A stretch of DNA of 29,828 bases from assembly GCA_018609785.1 (NCBI GenBank), contig JAHEOE010000071.1, positions 1-29,828 of the forward strand, read 5' to 3'. Origin of the DNA: Minisyncoccota bacterium. GTDB lineage: Bacteria > Patescibacteriota > Minisyncoccia > SW-4-49-11. Positions 1 through 7,774 of the stretch are shown here, piece after piece. Below the pieces are notes generated by a model. That model was not told the origin of the DNA. It saw only the letters and a program-made list of their open reading frames with translations, and did not search any database. Every line of letters begins with the position of its first letter. Positions within the stretch are counted from its first letter, which is position 1. A program made the translations under genes and the position numbers.

Positions 1-1
1 A

Positions 2-250
2 AACGGGTATGGGAGTGATGCCTATCGAGCTATTTTGCGATATGCGTTCTATGAATTGAACTTGGAGCGGGTTAAGGCTCATATCAAGAGTTTCAATGAA
101 GCCAGCGTCCATTTTCATAATATGCTTGGATTTTATCACCAAGCAACCCTTCCTTATTGGTATAAAGAGGGCAGTGCGTATTATCACGACTATATATACG
201 TTTTGGAACGGGGAGATTTTGAACAAATGATGAAGAACCAAGAAGCGTGA
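2..250 (+). CDS. GNAT N-acetyltransferase, RimJ/RimL family (5'-truncated by window edge)
   Basis: Frame open from base 2: NGYGSDAYRAILRYAFYELNLERVKAHIKSFNEASVHFHNMLGF matches the RimJ/RimL GYG...L.YAF..L.L.RV......N.AS......GF pattern; TGA 248-250. Confidence 0.85.
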   Translation, partial: NGYGSDAYRAILRYAFYELNLERVKAHIKSFNEASVHFHNMLGFYHQATLPYWYKEGSAYYHDYIYVLERGDFEQMMKNQEA

Positions 251-270
251 AATAAGTTAGTCTCTGACAG

Positions 271-306
271 ACTCCGTCTTCCTGATAAGGCGGAGTTTTT
301 TATTTT
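271..306 (+). terminator. Intrinsic terminator after GNAT gene
   Basis: actccgtctt-cctgat-aaggcggagt stem-loop (one G-T pair) followed by a T-rich tract. Confidence 0.7.
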
Positions 307-432
307 GGGTTTTGAAATAGGTGTTTGTTTACGAGAAGAGAACCGCAACACTGATATGCTAGATTTGGATAGATACATAAGAAAAATTTACCTCCCTCCT
401 CGGAATATGATACAACATAGGTAACTACATGT

Positions 433-1668
433 ATGTCTATGACGAACACTCTCCCTCAAACTGTGGCCGTGGTTCGCGGCGGTCCGTCGTCCGAACACGA
501 AGTATCTGTAAAAACCGGGGCAACCATGCTCGAATTGCTCTCGGAGGAGTTTGAAGTAATAGATATTTGGATTTCTCGAGAGGGTACGTGGTTCGTTGAC
601 GGAAAAGAAACGGACTCGGAAGAGGCAATAAGCGGTATTGACGTAGTGGTGAACGGACTGCACGGCGAGTACGGTGAGAGCGGAGAATTTCAGCAATGGC
701 TGGAAGACCACGGCGTCCCCTTTACCGGTTCGGGCAGTGCGGCGTCCGCTTTAGCAATGGACAAGTTACGCAGTCAGGAGGTGCTTCACAATTTCGGCGT
801 CAAAGTTCCGCAGACGCGTCATATCAATCGGGAAGAGTGGAGGAAAGAAGATTTCGCTGAAGATGTTTTTGCTTCTTTGAACGCTGATTTCCTCGTCGTT
901 AAACCCGCCGATCTTGGGTCTTCGGTGGGGGTGAGTATCGTACAGACAGAGGAAGAGTTGAAACGTGCGATTGAGGAAGTGTTCAACCTAAGCGAGCATG
1001 TGTTGATACAGGAATATGTCTCCGGAGTGGAGGCAACGTGCGGCGTTATTGAACATACGGATGGTCGCGTGGAAGCTTTGCCCGTGGTGGAAATTCGACC
1101 GCCCGAGGATATGTTCTTTGACTACGAAGCGAAGTACAACGGAATCAGTCAGGAGATTGTGCCGGCGAGATTTACGGAGGAGGTGAGCACGGAAATTCGG
1201 CATCAGGCAAAGTTTGCCCACAAGGCATTGGAGTTGGCTCAGTATTCCCGTTCGGATGTTATTGTAACCGAGACCGGGGAAGTCTACTGGCTGGAGGCGA
1301 ACACGTTACCCGGGCTCACAAAACAATCTCTGTTTCCGCAAGAGCTTGACGCGGCGGGCTATTCGTTTCAAGAATGGCTGGTTTGGTTGGTACAGAACGC
1401 CTACCACGGAAATTCAAGTAAGAGACGGAGATTTACAATCCATATGAGGTATCGACCACGCGTGGATTTTATGGAACCGCTTCGTCATACGGGGCATTTG
1501 GTAATGGCGAATGACGGGCGGGAGATACACGGCGAAGTGACAATCGAGGCCTTCTCAAAAGAACAGGCAGTTACGCACGCATGGCACGAATTTCTGGAGC
1601 AACTTGCACACGTGGAAGTGCGAACTGAGGAGATTACCGTACTTGAAGTGGTTGAGACTGAAACGTAA
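433..1668 (+). CDS. ddl: D-alanine--D-alanine ligase with 88-aa C-terminal extension
   Basis: GGPSSEHEVS, LHGEYGESG, ALAMDK, VKPADLGSSVGV, FDYEAKY, EANTLPGLT..SLFP motifs. Alternative ATG at 439. Confidence 0.95.
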   Translation: MSMTNTLPQTVAVVRGGPSSEHEVSVKTGATMLELLSEEFEVIDIWISREGTWFVDGKETDSEEAISGIDVVVNGLHGEYGESGEFQQWLEDHGVPFTGSGSAASALAMDKLRSQEVLHNFGVKVPQTRHINREEWRKEDFAEDVFASLNADFLVVKPADLGSSVGVSIVQTEEELKRAIEEVFNLSEHVLIQEYVSGVEATCGVIEHTDGRVEALPVVEIRPPEDMFFDYEAKYNGISQEIVPARFTEEVSTEIRHQAKFAHKALELAQYSRSDVIVTETGEVYWLEANTLPGLTKQSLFPQELDAAGYSFQEWLVWLVQNAYHGNSSKRRRFTIHMRYRPRVDFMEPLRHTGHLVMANDGREIHGEVTIEAFSKEQAVTHAWHEFLEQLAHVEVRTEEITVLEVVETET

Positions 1669-1678
1669 GGCAAGAATT

Positions 1679-1708
1679 TTGACGGGTGTTCGATTAACAC
1701 GCTATGCT
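1679..1708 (+). promoter_or_regulatory. Putative sigma70 promoter with a palindrome in the spacer
   Basis: TTGACG (1679-1684), 18 bp, TATGCT (1703-1708); spacer contains GTGTT-cgatt-AACAC. Confidence 0.55.
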
Positions 1709-1725
1709 AAAAGAAACACGAATGT

Positions 1726-1863
1726 ATGATTCGCCACATCGTCACCTACATCTTGAAACTCGTCGAAGACTATCCGCTTGTCTTTAAGGCGTTGATATTT
1801 TTAATTATAGCGATTTGGGTTTTGCTCGCCGCGGTGGATGAGTTATGGCTTGATCGGACCTGA
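1726..1863 (+). CDS. Small single-pass membrane protein (45 aa), unknown function
   Basis: Hand translation MIRHIVTYILKLVEDYPLVFKALIFLIIAIWVLLAAVDELWLDRT*; one hydrophobic helix; fills the gap between the promoter and comEC. Below the ORF-track cutoff. Confidence 0.55.
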   Translation: MIRHIVTYILKLVEDYPLVFKALIFLIIAIWVLLAAVDELWLDRT

Positions 1864-1911
1864 TCCTTGTTCGCTTGAAGACAGACCGCCGATGCGGTAA
1901 AATGGTGCGCA

Positions 1912-3417
1912 ATGATTGAGCGGTGGCGAGCGAACGGCGGTTTGACGGTGCAACTGGGACTGATACTCGGTGTCTTTTGGGGAGCATGGCTCATGTCGCC
2001 GCTCTTGGGAAGTGTTCTCGGGGCAATAGTAGTGAGTATTGCCTCGGTTTTTGTTTCGTGGCGCATGGTAGGGATATTATTGTTGGCACTGGGGGCATTG
2101 GTTGGTGGAGTGGTTTATGCGAAGGAAGCGGCTGATCACGTCTCTGCCGTGCAAAACAGCATCCCGAAGTCCGCCGTACCCGTGACCGGAGAAGTTATTT
2201 CCTATCCGCGGGAGAAATCACAGGCGTTTACGTACGCGGTTCGAATAACCAATGTCTCCGCTGGCGGAATCCAAGCATTGGAAGGAGAGGTCTTGCGCAT
2301 ATATGATCGTCATCCGCAGGTAAGGTTTGCGTACGGAGACCAAATCAAGATAAACGGAGAGATTACCGTGCCCGAGAAGGAGTCGTATCGGAAGTATTTG
2401 GCGAGTACTGGTGAAATGGGGGTGATGTACCGTCCGAATGTTACGGCTGGAAAAGGAGAGCGGTGTGACGTGGTATGTACGACGGTGAGAGGCATATTCG
2501 GCGTACGGACGGCGCTTTTGAATCAGATTGGGAAGCTTTTTCCGGGCGTGGAAGGAGAATTTGTAAAAGGTATTTTAGCCGGACATGACGATCGGATTCC
2601 TGAGAGGTATGAGACGGCCTTTCAGCGCACGGGCATTACGCACCTGTTGGCGATTTCCGGGTATCATGTCACCATTTTGATGATTGTCATACGTCAAGTT
2701 TTGGGTCGAGTTGGTATGCGAGTTTCGTGGCAGCTGGTCATTACGTTTTTGATATTGGCAAGTTTTGTGATCTTTATCGGATTTCACGGTTCGGTGGTTC
2801 GGGCTTCGGTCTTTTTGGCTTTGGTGTTGAGCGCGCAGTCTTTGGGACGGTATTTTTCCGGTTTGCGCGCGTTGGTCTTGGCTGCGTTTCTTTTGGTTCT
2901 TGCAAACCCGCTTTTTGTTGCTTGGAACATTGCCTTTCAGCTTTCGTTTATGGCGGCATTGGGGATTTTTTCTCTTGTGCCTGCATTGTCGTCTTTGTGG
3001 AGAGGACATGATTGGAAACAGTTTGTGGGAAGTATTATGCTTGAGAGTGTCGCAGCCGAGCTCTTTGTTTTACCGTTGATTATTGCCACGTTCGGGACCG
3101 TGTCTCTGATTTCTCCGTTTGCGAATCTGATTATTGTACCGTTTATCCCTCCTTTGATGGCTATTAGTTTCGGATTGGCGATTTTGAGTATGGTTCCCGG
3201 TCTGAGTTCGATCATGGGGCTGATGGCATACCCCGTGCAGGCTTTGGTTGATTTGGGCCTACAGATGGTGCAATTTCTTGCCGGTCTTCCTATAAGTGCG
3301 ATTGAGGTCCCACAAATTGGATGGACGTGGGTTCTTGGAAGCTATCTGATTCTAGGAGCGATTACGTGGTATATTCGTCAGTACGCGCTTCGTAGCTACC
3401 TAACACGCTCGGTATGA
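1912..3417 (+). CDS. comEC: ComEC/Rec2 competence DNA-uptake channel (membrane + OB-like + competence domains, no fused MBL)
   Basis: GITHLLAISGYHV motif, G...SVVRA, FQLSFMA, ANLIIVP; many TM segments. Start codon uncertain. Confidence 0.92.
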   Translation: MIERWRANGGLTVQLGLILGVFWGAWLMSPLLGSVLGAIVVSIASVFVSWRMVGILLLALGALVGGVVYAKEAADHVSAVQNSIPKSAVPVTGEVISYPREKSQAFTYAVRITNVSAGGIQALEGEVLRIYDRHPQVRFAYGDQIKINGEITVPEKESYRKYLASTGEMGVMYRPNVTAGKGERCDVVCTTVRGIFGVRTALLNQIGKLFPGVEGEFVKGILAGHDDRIPERYETAFQRTGITHLLAISGYHVTILMIVIRQVLGRVGMRVSWQLVITFLILASFVIFIGFHGSVVRASVFLALVLSAQSLGRYFSGLRALVLAAFLLVLANPLFVAWNIAFQLSFMAALGIFSLVPALSSLWRGHDWKQFVGSIMLESVAAELFVLPLIIATFGTVSLISPFANLIIVPFIPPLMAISFGLAILSMVPGLSSIMGLMAYPVQALVDLGLQMVQFLAGLPISAIEVPQIGWTWVLGSYLILGAITWYIRQYALRSYLTRSV

Positions 3418-4247
3418 AGATACGTTTATGGACAAAATGGAGTGTATTAATAGGGCTTCTTCTGATAACGGGTGGTTTGGGATTTTCTCATAAGCATCTG
3501 TTTACGGACCGATTTCGATTGAGGTTTCTTAATGTGGGCCAGGGAGACGCAACACTGATTCAGACTCCGAGTAATCATACTATTTTGGTGGACGGCGGAC
3601 GTGATCAACGGACCCTCCAGCAGCTTATGGAAAAGAGCGGATATTTTTCTCGGACCATTGATCTGTTGGTTATTACCCATCCGGATAGTGATCATATCGG
3701 CGGGCTTTCTGAAGTTTTCTCCCGCTATAAGGTGCGGGCCGTCCTTATGACCGGTATCAGACGCCACGAAAGTGAGATATATACGCGTCTTATGAAGCGG
3801 ATCCAAGCGGAAGAGACGCGAGTCATCCCCGCTCGCGCCGGAGAAACTATCAAAATGGGGAAACTCAGCATGAAGGTGTTACACCCTCGGCAAAGCAAAT
3901 GGGGAAGCACGGTTGAGGACCCAAACATTCATTCGGTGGTGCTTCGCGGGACATATAAAGATTTTTCGTTCCTTTTACCGGGAGATATTACGGCGGTGGA
4001 GGAACGTAAGCTCGTTCGTTCGGATCTAAAACTAAAAGCGGACGTGCTGAAGGCGGCGCATCACGGGAGTGCGTCTTCCACGAGTCAAGCCTTCTTAGAA
4101 GCGGTGGACCCCAATCGGGTCGTCATATCGGCCGGACAGAATAACAGATACGGACATCCGGCAAAAGAAGTTCTGGATCGTATTCGCAATAAAAATATCA
4201 AAATCCATGGTACATACACCGGAGATACTGTTGACATTATAGAATAA
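3414..4247 (+). CDS. ComEC-type metallo-beta-lactamase fold protein (separate C-terminal ComEC domain)
   Basis: FLNVGQGDATLI, DGG, THPDSDHIGG, PGD, HHGS, N.YGHP motifs; N-terminal hydrophobic anchor; ATGA overlap with comEC stop. Confidence 0.92.
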   Translation: MKIRLWTKWSVLIGLLLITGGLGFSHKHLFTDRFRLRFLNVGQGDATLIQTPSNHTILVDGGRDQRTLQQLMEKSGYFSRTIDLLVITHPDSDHIGGLSEVFSRYKVRAVLMTGIRRHESEIYTRLMKRIQAEETRVIPARAGETIKMGKLSMKVLHPRQSKWGSTVEDPNIHSVVLRGTYKDFSFLLPGDITAVEERKLVRSDLKLKADVLKAAHHGSASSTSQAFLEAVDPNRVVISAGQNNRYGHPAKEVLDRIRNKNIKIHGTYTGDTVDIIE

Positions 4248-4259
4248 ATCGTTTATAAT
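4231..4259 (+). promoter_or_regulatory. Perfect-consensus sigma70 promoter for the TrmB-like gene
   Basis: TTGACA (4231-4236), 17 bp, TATAAT (4254-4259); overlaps the last codons of the MBL gene. Confidence 0.85.
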
Positions 4260-4266
4260 ATCGGGG

Positions 4267-4285
4267 TGTTATAACAATAATATTG
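4267..4285. promoter_or_regulatory. Candidate operator palindromes at the transcription start
   Basis: TGTTATAACA perfect palindrome (4267-4276) overlapping CAATA-a-TATTG (4275-4285). Confidence 0.4.
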
Positions 4286-4292
4286 CATTTCT

Positions 4293-5093
4293 ATGAATCA
4301 GAAGCTCCTAACCGAACTTCAGAATTTGGGATTTTCGGACAAAGAGGCACGTGTCTATGTCGCCTCGCTTCAAATCGGTTCCGCCCCGATGCAAAAGATT
4401 GCCGCTTCCTCAAATGTCAATCGCGCGACAACCTACGTTATCGTCGAGTCCTTGATGAACCGAGGACTGATGAGCTCCTTTACGCAAGGGAAAAAGCGGC
4501 TTTTTACCGCTGAAGACCCGAACAAGCTGCTTGAAATGGTCCATCGCGAGCAATTCGAGCTTCAGGAACGGGAAAAGGCGGTCAAAGACATCATGCCCGA
4601 CCTTAAAGAAATTTTTGAGGTTGCCACTCAGCAGGGGCAAAAGCCGCGTGTGAAGTTTTACGAAGGCAAGGACGGGCTCAAATCCGTGCGTAATGAGTTT
4701 CTGAAGGTGAAAAGTAAAGAAATAATGGGAATCTTTAATTACGATTATATCGCCCGGGTGTTTGATACGGAAGAAGACCAAAAATTCGGTGAAAAACGTG
4801 AGAAAAAGAATATCACGACGAAGGCGGTCTACACGTCTCAGCAAGGACCGATCTTGGCGGACAAAAACAAGAAGAATCTCACCAATCTCCGATACTTAGA
4901 CTACAATAAGTACAATAGTCCCATCGATATTTCCGTATTTGATGATAAGGTTGCTCTTACTTCGTTAGAAGGGAATTTGATGTCTGCGGTTATTGAGAAC
5001 GAGAATATTGCAGATGCTATGCGCCAGCTTATTGGAGTGATTTGGGCAAGCGCAGACGGAGATGACGAGGCTTCGGAACAAAACTCGAAATAA
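4293..5093 (+). CDS. TrmB-family transcriptional regulator (wHTH + PLD-like effector domain)
   Basis: LQNLGFSDKEARVY..L......IA..S.VNRATTY..VESL...GL N-terminus; VKFYEGKDGLK; I.VFDDKV. Confidence 0.9.
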   Translation: MNQKLLTELQNLGFSDKEARVYVASLQIGSAPMQKIAASSNVNRATTYVIVESLMNRGLMSSFTQGKKRLFTAEDPNKLLEMVHREQFELQEREKAVKDIMPDLKEIFEVATQQGQKPRVKFYEGKDGLKSVRNEFLKVKSKEIMGIFNYDYIARVFDTEEDQKFGEKREKKNITTKAVYTSQQGPILADKNKKNLTNLRYLDYNKYNSPIDISVFDDKVALTSLEGNLMSAVIENENIADAMRQLIGVIWASADGDDEASEQNSK

Positions 5094-5138
5094 AATTCTC
5101 TCAGTACTGTTTTGGTAAAACCCGATTAGTAATGTTTG

Positions 5139-5178
5139 AGAGCTATGTTGTGTTTCTTCATGACATAGCTCTTTTTTT
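5139..5178 (+). terminator. Intrinsic terminator after the TrmB-like gene
   Basis: agagctatgt(tgtg)...(catg)acatagctct stem followed by a T-run. Confidence 0.75.
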
Positions 5179-5203
5179 ATACATTGTGGAAAGAATATGA
5201 AAA

Positions 5204-5229
5204 CCCCCCTACCATTAATGGTAGGGGGG
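5204..5229. repeat. Perfect 26-bp palindrome
   Basis: CCCCCCTACCATTAATGGTAGGGGGG equals its own reverse complement; preceded by AAAA, giving hairpin + TTTT on the minus strand. Confidence 0.9.
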
Positions 5230-5453
5230 AGGGTAGTTTGTTAATGATGTTGTTATTGTGCCATCAATATCATCCTCCACTCGTCTGTCAGATTTGATCC
5301 ATCGGATCTATTTAGATTTTTAACATAATATGGTGAGGTAAGTCAATACCTCGTGGTTTATTGCAAGGAATGATGGGAGAGTGGAAGTTTTTTCGTTGCG
5401 GACAGAGCATACTCATGGTATTCTGGATTTTGAGTAGTAGAAAAAATTGGTAT

Positions 5454-7184
5454 ATGAATCTTATCTCTGAATTTCGCCGGTTTTTTGAGGAACAAAATCA
5501 TACGTGGGTCAAATCCGCTCCGCTGGTGCCCGAAGGGGACAGTTCGGTACTGTTTACCACCGCGGGAATGCAACAGTTTAAACCGTATTATTCGGGCCAT
5601 CCGTCCCCATACGGCAATCGCGTGATTAGCGTGCAAAAATGTTTCCGCGCGGACGATTTGGATGAAGTAGGCGACACCACGCATCTGACGTTTTTTGAAA
5701 TGCTGGGGAACTTTTCGTTTCAGTATCCGCACGGAGAAGAGAGTTACTTTAAAGAACAGGCCATTCGGATGGGGTATGAGTTTGTGGCCGAACGGCTTGG
5801 CCTCTCCATTGAGTATGTCACGATTTTCGAGGGCGACGAGCACACCCCGCGCGACACGGAATCCGAACGGCTGTGGCAAGCGTTGGCTGAAGAAAAGAGA
5901 ATAACACTACCGATTTACGGGGAGAACAGGGACGAGAATTTCTGGGGACCAACCGGTTCCGAGGGTCCTTGCGGTCCGACGAGTGAGATTTACGTAGACG
6001 GAGTGGAGATTTGGAACCTCGTCTTTAACCAGTATTATCAGTACCGAGACGGAACATTAGAACATCAGGAACAACAAGGCGTGGATACCGGCGGTGGGTA
6101 TGAACGTATTTTGGCGGTTGTAGAACAGGTCGACAGTGTCTTTGATACGTCAGTGTTTGCAACGGTTATGGAACAGATTGAGAATACATTTCCCGAAATG
6201 TCGTTGGAATACCGACGCGTCATTGCGGATCATTTGCGGTCTTCGTTGTTTTTGTCCGCGGACGGGGTGGTTCCGTCCAATAAAGAACAGGGCTACATCC
6301 TCCGTCGACTTATTCGGAAAGTGTTGAGTCTGGCGGGGATGGAAAAAGCCCACCTTGATGATCTGTCCGCTATTGGTGAGACCTTGGTTGGCTTGTATGA
6401 GGATCGGTATCCGGAACTACGTGACGGATGGTCCGTGTATACCACTCATTTGGAGAATGAATTTCAGACATTTTCGAAAGCGCTCAAAGAAGGGTTGAAA
6501 CAGGCCCGCAAAATGCTTAAAACCAGGGAGGATAATCGGTTAACGGGGGAAGAAGCTTTCCAGCTTTCGGCTACGCACGGACTTTCTCCGGAACTTATGC
6601 GGTTCAATGGTATCGAGTTCGATGAAGAAGCGTTTGAACAAGAACGGGAACGGCATCGAGAAATTTCGCGCGCCGGTGCTGAGCAGAAGTTTGGCGGACA
6701 CGGACTTGCCTTGGATACCGGTGAATTGAAAGCGGAAGACGAAGAAGAGGTGAAAATTGTGACGAGACTCCACAGCGCGACGCATCTTTTGAATCAAGCG
6801 TTGCGTGATGTGTTGGAAGATGAAGTGAAGCAGAAAGGGTCTGATATTAATGTTAAACGTACGCGATTTGACTTCTCGTTCCCGCGGAAATTAACCGAGG
6901 AAGAAAAACAGCAGGTTGAAGATAGAGTGAACATGTTTATTCAGAGCGCGCATGATCTTCATGTGTATGAATTACCGTTGGAAGAGGCAAAGCAGAGCGG
7001 GGCGATTTATCTGGAGCATGAGTCATACCCTGATCCGGTTAAAATTCATCAGTTTGGATATATTTCTAAAGAGTTTTGTGGTGGTCCGCATGTTAGAAAT
7101 ACGTCTGAAATTGGAACATTCAAGATTAAAAAAGAAGAAGCTGTAGCGCAAGGTGTTCGTCGCATTCGAGGCGTAGTTGAGTAA
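5454..7184 (+). CDS. alaS: Alanine--tRNA ligase, short form (catalytic + editing domains, no C-Ala domain)
   Basis: LFTTAGMQQFK, HLTFFEMLGNFS, GPCGP, DTGGGYER, IADHLR, HSATHLL, EFCGGPH; ends at GVRRI. ATG 5454 preferred over the track start at 5361. Confidence 0.95.
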   Translation: MNLISEFRRFFEEQNHTWVKSAPLVPEGDSSVLFTTAGMQQFKPYYSGHPSPYGNRVISVQKCFRADDLDEVGDTTHLTFFEMLGNFSFQYPHGEESYFKEQAIRMGYEFVAERLGLSIEYVTIFEGDEHTPRDTESERLWQALAEEKRITLPIYGENRDENFWGPTGSEGPCGPTSEIYVDGVEIWNLVFNQYYQYRDGTLEHQEQQGVDTGGGYERILAVVEQVDSVFDTSVFATVMEQIENTFPEMSLEYRRVIADHLRSSLFLSADGVVPSNKEQGYILRRLIRKVLSLAGMEKAHLDDLSAIGETLVGLYEDRYPELRDGWSVYTTHLENEFQTFSKALKEGLKQARKMLKTREDNRLTGEEAFQLSATHGLSPELMRFNGIEFDEEAFEQERERHREISRAGAEQKFGGHGLALDTGELKAEDEEEVKIVTRLHSATHLLNQALRDVLEDEVKQKGSDINVKRTRFDFSFPRKLTEEEKQQVEDRVNMFIQSAHDLHVYELPLEEAKQSGAIYLEHESYPDPVKIHQFGYISKEFCGGPHVRNTSEIGTFKIKKEEAVAQGVRRIRGVVE

Positions 7185-7195
7185 AAGGAAAACAC

Positions 7196-7774
7196 ATGGA
7201 TTTCCGGCATAGATCAATTCTCATTCGTAAATTCTTACATTTGGGGCTTTTGATCCCACTTGGCGTGTACTGGTGGGTGGCGACTATATACTCGTTTCAG
7301 GTAGGAATATATACATTGCTGGGCTTTCTCATATTTGGTCTTTTTTATGAGACTCTGCGATTGGAGTTCAAGATGCCTGTTCCGTTAGTACATTATATAA
7401 AACGAAATGAGCGTGATGCTCAGGTAGCCGGTATTAATCTTTTGTTGGCAATTATTGTTCTGCATGCGGTTTTTCCGCCCGGAATAGCTCTCAGTGTTTC
7501 TCTTGTGGCCATTATCGGAGACGTGGTTTCGGGATTGGGGAGGTTGTATGGTAGAATACGATTAAGGTCTGATTCTTTACAAAGTGGAGAAGGACTTCTG
7601 ATAGCTTTCTTGGTTGATGCTCTCATATTTATCGCGGTTTTAGGGCCCGGTTGGTATGTTGGCATCTTGGCGGCGGTAGCTGTTATTCTGGAGAATATCA
7701 CTTCTACTGTGGATGACAACCTTGTCGTACCTTTTGTTGTTGGAATACTTGCACACATAATCCTCATGTTATGA
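7196..7774 (+). CDS. SEC59/DGK1/VTE5-like (dolichol/phytol/DAG kinase) polytopic membrane protein
   Basis: IRKFLHLG N-terminal motif, IIGDVVSGLGRLYG...S.EG, and EN.....DDNLVVP C-terminal motif, typical of CTP-dependent polyprenol/DAG kinases. Confidence 0.7.
   Translation: MDFRHRSILIRKFLHLGLLIPLGVYWWVATIYSFQVGIYTLLGFLIFGLFYETLRLEFKMPVPLVHYIKRNERDAQVAGINLLLAIIVLHAVFPPGIALSVSLVAIIGDVVSGLGRLYGRIRLRSDSLQSGEGLLIAFLVDALIFIAVLGPGWYVGILAAVAVILENITSTVDDNLVVPFVVGILAHIILML

Noticed and set aside
1686-1700. LexA box interpretation of GTGTT-N5-AACAC
   Set aside because: Does not fit the GAAC-N4-GTTC or TGTTC-N4-GAACA spacing; kept only as a generic operator candidate.
5094-5453. T-box riboswitch upstream of alaS
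   Set aside because: No T-box consensus or specifier stem found.
5361-5453. Longer N-termini given by the ORF track for alaS (5361), rplJ (11689), fmt (18774) and priA (21656)
   Set aside because: The extensions lack homology and overlap promoters or leaders; the downstream ATGs match expected protein starts.
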